This document shows positions 58,253 to 64,000 of a stretch of DNA of 64,000 bases, in pieces (the first letter of the stretch is position 1; every line of letters begins with the position of its first letter). Below the pieces are notes generated by a model. It was not told where the DNA came from. It ran no database searches and saw only the letters and a list, made by a program, of their open reading frames with translations. This stretch comes from an uncultured Lachnospiraceae bacterium (GTDB taxonomy: Bacteria > Bacillota > Clostridia > Lachnospirales > Lachnospiraceae). The DNA lies in NCBI GenBank assembly GCA_910586005.1, contig CAJUHG010000002.1, positions 36,362 through 100,361 of the forward strand. The letters are read 5' to 3'. Position numbers and translations under genes: made by a program.

Positions 58253-58364
58253 TAATATATAAAAATGATATAGCCGATATAGCTAGAGATAGAAAATCAA
58301 ACAACCCGTGGAGGCGCTATACTGAGAAAAAGAGGAATAGATGTGCGTCTATTTCTCTTTTTTT
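58253..58364 (+). ncRNA. Putative sigma28-driven small RNA/attenuator, copy 3 (hairpin degenerate)
   Basis: TAAT-N16-GCCGATAT; CCC-GTGGAG-GCG (58305-58316); terminator AGAGGAATAGAT-GTGC-GTCTATTTCTCT ending in T7. Confidence 0.55.
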
Positions 58365-58449
58365 GAGCTTATGGCAAAGAAAAGTGAGGAATATTGTCGC
58401 GCTTGCTCGTAAGAGAGATAACAATATACTTTATGAAAGGTAAAAAGAA

Positions 58450-60039
58450 ATGAAAGAATTTTTGAGTCTGATTGGAGAGCTGATGAATCAGTGGCAGTTA
58501 TATGGTAAATATTTTACAGATACTATGGAACAGATGAAAGAAAGTTATAACAAACTTTCCAATCAGGAAAAAAAGAAAAGTTTGTCAATACTAGATGAGA
58601 TTCTTCAGGAAGATGTCAACAGCTATTTTCTTATTATGTCCATGTTACTAGAAAAGTTAAAAGAGGAAGATATTGTATTTTTTATAGAAGACATGTTAAA
58701 TTCTGGTAGAGTTTCTGTGTGGGAACGTATCCGAGTTATGTATCAATTGAAAGGGATATTATTTTCAAGTGTTATTATTAAAAATGAATGGAAAGAAATT
58801 CAAAATCAAAAGGTTATATATGAAAAAATCTTAAAAGATATTCTAATAGGTCTTCCAGTCGATTATTCTTATATTCCTTGGAAAGAGAGAGAAAAAAAGA
58901 TTGTAATTGTAGTAAATCAAATATTGGAGTTGTCACATGCACCTACTAGAAAGTTAATTAGTATTTACAAATATTTTAAGGAACTTGGATATGAAGTGCG
59001 TATATATGTTTGTTTTTATTCAGGAGAAGCAGATTTAAAAGAACATTTTTGGTATAGGGCATGTGGATATTATAATTATATAGAAGTGACAACTCCTTTT
59101 ACATTTGATAGAGGAGAGGAAGAAAAAATTATAGGATATAATTTCTTATTGCAGTCTGAGGATTATATGCAGGGAATAAAGAAAACAATGGATCTGATCT
59201 ATGAGGAACGGCCAGAATTTGTATTTGAATTAGGGGACAGAACCATATTGGCTGGTTTGTGTCATTCTTTTACAACCGTTGTAACGATGAGTTGTACTAA
59301 ACAAATACCTATTACCAATGCATCTGTGATTGCTAGATATTTTGAGTATTCCAAAGAAGAAGAAAAATTATATCGACAGTATGTGGAGGATACACAAGTA
59401 GTTATAGATGTAAAGCATATGGATAACACCTTTAAAAACAGTGATGAGAGCGAAAAGAGAGAGAAAACAAGACAAGAACTAGAGATAAAACAAGAAGAAT
59501 TTGTTTTTGTGATTGCTGGTAATCGTCTTAGTGAGGAACTAACAGAAGAGTTTTTAAAAATATTGCATTGTATTTTAGAACAAAATAAAAAATTTATTCT
59601 TTTATTTATAGGAAATGTAAAGAAAACATTAAAAGAAAAAATCAGTGATTGTTTCGATATGGAGCAAATTCGATTTTTGGGATATAGAGAAGATTTTCAA
59701 GATGTAATTTCAGCAGGAGATTTATTTTTAAATCCACCTAGACAAGGAGGGGGAACGGGCGCTATTTATGCAGGTCTTGGGGGAGTACCTGTGATTACTC
59801 TAGACCACTGTGATGTAGAATCTTTTGCTGGAAAAGAATTTATCTGTCAATCCATAGAAGAGATGCCATCTCTTGCTTGGAAATATTATAGTGATAAGGC
59901 GTTTTATCAAAAACAAAAGGAAATTATAAAAAATAATATAAAAAAGATTTTGGCAGTTGACAGTATTGGGAATTTTGAGAAATTATGCAATTATATAGAA
60001 CAAATTACATTAGAAAAGGAAAAAGAAAATGAAACATGA
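58450..60039 (+). CDS. Glycosyltransferase-like protein, paralog B
   Basis: Full-length paralog of 42796-44382 with the same AGDLFLNPPRQGGG motif. Confidence 0.7.
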   Translation: MKEFLSLIGELMNQWQLYGKYFTDTMEQMKESYNKLSNQEKKKSLSILDEILQEDVNSYFLIMSMLLEKLKEEDIVFFIEDMLNSGRVSVWERIRVMYQLKGILFSSVIIKNEWKEIQNQKVIYEKILKDILIGLPVDYSYIPWKEREKKIVIVVNQILELSHAPTRKLISIYKYFKELGYEVRIYVCFYSGEADLKEHFWYRACGYYNYIEVTTPFTFDRGEEEKIIGYNFLLQSEDYMQGIKKTMDLIYEERPEFVFELGDRTILAGLCHSFTTVVTMSCTKQIPITNASVIARYFEYSKEEEKLYRQYVEDTQVVIDVKHMDNTFKNSDESEKREKTRQELEIKQEEFVFVIAGNRLSEELTEEFLKILHCILEQNKKFILLFIGNVKKTLKEKISDCFDMEQIRFLGYREDFQDVISAGDLFLNPPRQGGGTGAIYAGLGGVPVITLDHCDVESFAGKEFICQSIEEMPSLAWKYYSDKAFYQKQKEIIKNNIKKILAVDSIGNFEKLCNYIEQITLEKEKENET

Positions 60040-61159
60040 TATTATGGTGACTCGGAGCTCTATGCCTCCTTTAGAAGAGTATATAGAAAAAATTCAACCT
60101 CTATGGGAAAGTCATTGGCTAACTAATATGGGAAAGTATCATCAAGAGTTTGAGGAACAGTTAAAGGAGTATTTAGGAACTAGTTATTTATCTTTGATGG
60201 TAAATGGACATATGTCCTTAGAATTGGCTCTTCAGGCCATGAATTTTCCAGAAGGAGGAGAGGTGATTACTACACCTTTCACCTTTATTTCTACTACACA
60301 TGCAATTATTAGAAATCGATTAGTTCCTGTCTTTTGTGATATTAAATTAGAGGACTATACCATAGATGAGGCTAAAATAGAAGCGTTAATCACAGAAAAG
60401 ACAGTGGCAATTCTGCCAGTACATGTCTATGGAAATATCTGTGAGGTAGAAAAAATAGAGGAGATAGCAGAAAAGTATAATCTAAAAGTTATTTATGATG
60501 CTGCCCATGCATTTGGAGAGAAAAAGGATGCTATAGGAGTTGGAAATTTTGGAGATGCCTCTGTATTTAGTTTTCATGCCACAAAAGTATTCCATACCAT
60601 AGAAGGAGGAGCAGTTACTTTTTCAGACCCCAAATTATATAAAAGATTGTATGACCTTAAGAATTTTGGAATACATTCAGAGGAAGTAATCGCACAAGTA
60701 GGGGCCAATGCAAAGATGAATGAATTTTCAGCGGCAATGGGATTGTGTAATTTACCATATATAGGTAGAAATATAGAAGAGAGAAAGAAGAGAGTAGAAT
60801 ATTATAAGGAGCAATTATCTTCCATAGAAGGATTAGTATTACCAAGATTAGAAAAAGAAAATATAGAGTATTCTTATGGATATTTTGCAGTATTGTTTTG
60901 TCCAGAAATACTAGGAGAGGGGATGAGAGATAGAATTTATGAGGAGTTACATAAGATACAGGTATATGCAAGGAAATATTTTTATCCTATCACATCAGAT
61001 GCAGCTTGTTTTAGGAATAAATATAAGAAGGATGCATTAGAGAATGCAAGGTATGCAGGAGAAAATATTTTAGTATTGCCATTGTATCCAGAATTACCTT
61101 ATGAAGTGATAGATGAGATATGTTCTGTGATAGAAAAAAATTGTGGTAAGATGAAATAA
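60029..61159 (+). CDS. vioA: DegT/DnrJ-family PLP sugar aminotransferase (VioA-like)
   Basis: WLTNMG, TTPFTFIST, PVHVYG, YDAAHAFG, SFHATKVFHT.EGG, NAKMNE, RKYFYP. Confidence 0.85.
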   Translation: MKHDIMVTRSSMPPLEEYIEKIQPLWESHWLTNMGKYHQEFEEQLKEYLGTSYLSLMVNGHMSLELALQAMNFPEGGEVITTPFTFISTTHAIIRNRLVPVFCDIKLEDYTIDEAKIEALITEKTVAILPVHVYGNICEVEKIEEIAEKYNLKVIYDAAHAFGEKKDAIGVGNFGDASVFSFHATKVFHTIEGGAVTFSDPKLYKRLYDLKNFGIHSEEVIAQVGANAKMNEFSAAMGLCNLPYIGRNIEERKKRVEYYKEQLSSIEGLVLPRLEKENIEYSYGYFAVLFCPEILGEGMRDRIYEELHKIQVYARKYFYPITSDAACFRNKYKKDALENARYAGENILVLPLYPELPYEVIDEICSVIEKNCGKMK

Positions 61160-61222
61160 TATGGAGACCTTCTTGCGTTTAAAACGTGTTTTTTTACAAT
61201 ATGTTGCCGATTTGGTGGAGAA

Positions 61223-61846
61223 ATGGAGAGTATCATGAGGAAATTAGCACTAATTGGAGCAGGTGGTCATGGAAAAGTCTTAGCTAATATTGCAAAAAAA
61301 ATGGGATATGAAAAGATAATTTTTTTTGATGATTGTAAAAGTGAGAAGGAGGGATATCCATATCCTATAGTTGGAAGGATCTGTGAGGCAGAAACGTGTG
61401 ACTGTGAAGTTGCAGTTGCAATAGGTGATGCAAAGATGAGACAAAAACTTTTGGAAGAGTTAGAGCAAAAAGCGATAAAAATTCCTACATTAATTCATCC
61501 AAATGCTATCATTGCTGAGGATGTAGAGATTGGAAAGGGAGCTGTGATTATGGCAGGTGTAGTTTTACAGCCAGGATGTAAAATAGGAAAAGGATGTATT
61601 ATCAATACCTGTGCTTCTGTGGACCATGATAGTAAAGTAGGAGATTATGTGCATGTTGCAGTTGGGGTACATTTGGCTGGAAATGTAAAGGTGGAAGCCA
61701 GAACTTGGATAGGAGCAGGAGCTACCATTAGTGATCATGTATGTATTTGTTCTGATTGTATCATAGGAGCAGGAGCAGTTGTTGTAAAAGATATCACAGA
61801 AATGGGAACTTTTATAGGAGTTCCAGCGAGAAGAAAAACTTTTTAA
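61223..61846 (+). CDS. PglD/NeuD-family sugar N-acetyltransferase
   Basis: IGAGGHG, IHP.A, SVDHD, LbH repeats, GVPAR. Confidence 0.88.
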   Translation: MESIMRKLALIGAGGHGKVLANIAKKMGYEKIIFFDDCKSEKEGYPYPIVGRICEAETCDCEVAVAIGDAKMRQKLLEELEQKAIKIPTLIHPNAIIAEDVEIGKGAVIMAGVVLQPGCKIGKGCIINTCASVDHDSKVGDYVHVAVGVHLAGNVKVEARTWIGAGATISDHVCICSDCIIGAGAVVVKDITEMGTFIGVPARRKTF

Positions 61847-61865
61847 AGAAAAATAAAAAATAGTA

Positions 61866-61892
61866 TAAAGTCTTTGGAAAAAGAACCGATAA
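61866..61892 (+). promoter_or_regulatory. Sigma28 promoter of flagellin
   Basis: TAAA-N15-ACCGATAA. Confidence 0.88.
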
Positions 61893-62051
61893 AGATAGTG
61901 TAAGTCAAAGATGCAACCTTACATAGTTGCACAGTAGTTTCAAATTGATTAACCTAGGGATCATTTAGAAACGAGAAGACTATTTTCATAGAATATAAAT
62001 ACCAAAGCGTTTTGCTAAGGTCATTATATTATAATAAAATATTATTATTTT

Positions 62052-62085
62052 TGCAGCATGGACGCTGCAGTATATTCAAGGAGGA
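62052..62085 (+). promoter_or_regulatory. CsrA-binding hairpin and RBS in the flagellin leader
   Basis: TGCAGC-ATGGAC-GCTGCA followed by AAGGAGGA; same two-site layout as the B. subtilis hag leader. Confidence 0.85.
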
Positions 62086-62092
62086 AACTATT

Positions 62093-63388
62093 ATGGCAAT
62101 GATCGTACAACACAATCTTACAGCAATGAACTCTAACCGTCAGTTGGGTATTACCACAGGCGCACAGGCTAAATCTTCTGAAAAATTATCATCTGGTTAT
62201 AGAATCAACCGTGCAGGCGATGATGCAGCAGGATTAAAGATTTCTGAAAAAATGAGAAGTCAGGTTCGTGGTTTAACACGTGCATCTGTAAACGCACAGG
62301 ATGGTGTATCTTTGATTCAGACTGCTGAAGGTGCTTTAAATGAAGCTCATTCCATTCTTCAAAGAATGAATGAATTAGCAGTTCAAGGTGCTAATGATAC
62401 CAATGAGAACATTGACCGTGAGGCTATCAATGAAGAATTGGATCAGTTGACACAAGAATTAGATAGAATTTCTCAGACAACTCAGTTCAATAAACAGAAC
62501 TTGTTGGATGGTTCTTTCCAAGACAAGAACCTTCATGTTGGCGCTAATGCAAATCAGAAGATTTCTATTAGCATTGACAATATGAATGCATCTACTTTAG
62601 GTCTTAGAAGTATTGTAGCAAAGGGAGCAGTAGCAGGCAGTGCTGCTTCATATGCTAGCGTAGTAGTTCCATCAACATTGCAGACTGGTGTTTCTATTGG
62701 AAAATTCGTTTACAATGGCATGTCAGCAGCTTATGACATTACTTCAACTTTTGCAGCTAACAAGAGTCATGCGATAAGTACCTTCAAAGGAGCGATTTCT
62801 ACAAAAGCTGCTTCTACACAGTATGTATTACAGAGAGATACAGCAACTAACTCCCTATACTATATAGATGGTAACAATAATCGTTATGGAACAGCAGGCA
62901 GTGCTATGAAAGTGGATCTTTCTGTAGCTAAAGGAAAGGTTTCAACAGAATTTGGAGGCGAAACTGGTAAATATCTTCGTACTTCTGCAAAGACTGCAAC
63001 TAGTGCAACTGTAGTAAAACCAGGTTATACATCTGTTTGGACAGTAAAATCTGCTGTAGCAAGTAAGGCATCTACAGTAATTAATGTACCAAAGGTAGAT
63101 GATTATGAAACAGCAAATGCAACTTTAAAGGCAGTTCAGGAAGCTATTAACAAAGTATCTGGTCAGAGATCTGCACTTGGTGCTATCCAGAACAGATTAG
63201 AGCATACCATTGCAAACTTAGATAATGTAGCTGAGAACACTCAGGCAGCAGAATCCCGTATCCGTGACCTTGATATGGCTTCTGAAATGGTTGAATACAG
63301 CAAGAACAATATTCTTGCTCAAGCAGGACAGTCTATGCTTGCCCAAGCAAATCAGTCTACACAGGGTGTGTTGTCCTTGTTACAGTAA
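62093..63388 (+). CDS. fliC: Flagellin (431 aa)
   Basis: MAMIVQHNL.A, EKLSSGYRINRAGDDAAGL, LQRMNELAVQ, LGAIQNRLEHT, SRIRD.DMA.EM, VLSLLQ; real start at 62093 after AAGGAGG. Confidence 0.98.
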   Translation: MAMIVQHNLTAMNSNRQLGITTGAQAKSSEKLSSGYRINRAGDDAAGLKISEKMRSQVRGLTRASVNAQDGVSLIQTAEGALNEAHSILQRMNELAVQGANDTNENIDREAINEELDQLTQELDRISQTTQFNKQNLLDGSFQDKNLHVGANANQKISISIDNMNASTLGLRSIVAKGAVAGSAASYASVVVPSTLQTGVSIGKFVYNGMSAAYDITSTFAANKSHAISTFKGAISTKAASTQYVLQRDTATNSLYYIDGNNNRYGTAGSAMKVDLSVAKGKVSTEFGGETGKYLRTSAKTATSATVVKPGYTSVWTVKSAVASKASTVINVPKVDDYETANATLKAVQEAINKVSGQRSALGAIQNRLEHTIANLDNVAENTQAAESRIRDLDMASEMVEYSKNNILAQAGQSMLAQANQSTQGVLSLLQ

Positions 63389-63428
63389 TAGTAATAGCAT
63401 CAGTAACAAATCAAGTAAGAAAATTCAT

Positions 63429-63460
63429 AAAGGGGTTGGCGTTGCCAACTCCTTTCTTTT
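63429..63460 (+). terminator. Flagellin intrinsic terminator
   Basis: AAAGGGGTTGGC-GTT-GCCAACTCCTTT followed by CTTTT. Confidence 0.85.
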
Positions 63461-63583
63461 ACGCGAAGGCAAAGTGAGAATTATCGTTGGGCAAAGTGTG
63501 ACGCTCATGGTTTGGCAATAAAAAGTGTGCTTTTTAAATTTTTTATTGTATCCTATATGATAAAAATAATGGCAGGATGACAT

Positions 63584-63919
63584 ATGGAAGAAAAAATAAA
63601 GAGCTTATTTCAATCTGTAAATTTAATTGCAATGGATTACTTGTTTAGACAAAAACAAAATAATATAAAACCCATCCAAGAACTGATTCCTCAAATCCAA
63701 GAATTTGTTTTATGGTTTCTAGAGGAAAATCGTTTTGGAATAGAAGAGGAACTATATAGAGATATGCAGAATTACCTTCTGCAAGTGTTGGAAGATATTT
63801 CAACTGCAATGAGCCAAGAAGACAGGGTGTTACTTCATGATGCAATTGCATATGGTTTAATTGATTATTTAAAATTATTTGTGGAATTGCAGGAGGCAGA
63901 GACAGATGACAATTTATGA
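63584..63919 (+). CDS. Hypothetical helical protein of the type found beside flagellar maf genes
   Basis: AGGA RBS; D.VLL.D.I.YGL motif; overlaps the next ORF start. Confidence 0.65.
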   Translation: MEEKIKSLFQSVNLIAMDYLFRQKQNNIKPIQELIPQIQEFVLWFLEENRFGIEEELYRDMQNYLLQVLEDISTAMSQEDRVLLHDAIAYGLIDYLKLFVELQEAETDDNL

Positions 63920-64000
63920 AGAGAATTTGAAGGCATTATCTGCTGATTATCCGCAGATGGATCGATTGATAGAAGAAGCGAAGGAAAATTTAGAACCAGA
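63906..64000 (+). CDS. N-terminus of a probable motility-associated factor (Maf/DUF115) protein, truncated by the window edge
   Basis: AGGAGG RBS; MTIYEENLKAL...YP start resembles Maf N-termini; located next to flagellin. Confidence 0.5.
   Translation, partial: MTIYEENLKALSADYPQMDRLIEEAKENLEP

Noticed and set aside
46930..61330. Homopolymer phase-variation tracts in glycosylation genes
   Set aside because: Only A/T runs of about 8-9 and short G runs were seen, as expected in AT-rich DNA, and none coincides with a frameshift.
63465..63520. c-di-GMP-I riboswitch suggested by two GGCAAAG motifs after the flagellin terminator
   Set aside because: No GNRA-capped stem or convincing pairing between the motifs; an Infernal search would be needed to revive the idea.

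Overview
AT-rich chromosomal window from a motile Firmicute; gene content and order resemble Lachnospiraceae/Clostridiales. 1-14.3 kb is housekeeping: OmpR-type two-component pair, ROK kinase, Ig-repeat NlpC/P60 hydrolase, nrdDG, L,D-transpeptidase, short pyruvate kinase, SAM methyltransferase, lgt. 14.7-22 kb is a mannitol-type PTS operon with no mtlD, using a SorE-like Zn dehydrogenase plus 1-phosphofructokinase and its own Ser46-less HPr and EI. 22.3-31.9 kb holds a 2261-aa repeat surface protein, a class B sortase and a TPKTG-anchored BspA-type LRR protein. 32.2-42.1 kb is the sigma28 late flagellar operon (flgM-flgN-flgK-flgK-flgL-fliW-csrA-flaG-fliD-fliS-FliT/FlgN-like). 42.1-62 kb is a mosaic flagellin-glycosylation island, followed by flagellin and the start of a probable Maf protein. 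The top finding is three copies of an unannotated ~80-nt sigma28-promoted, intrinsically terminated RNA. Each carries a CsrA-type GGA-loop hairpin resembling the flagellin leader and lies directly upstream of a glycosyltransferase-like gene; it is a candidate CsrA sponge or CsrA-controlled attenuator. Also notable: a direct-repeat-bounded NeuB/LuxE/LuxC/ACP cassette headed by an XRE regulator fused to an apparently dead RmlA domain, a 32-bp palindromic tandem array, and a duplicated module that could swap glycan cassettes. All calls are by eye from sequence motifs; no database searches were run.
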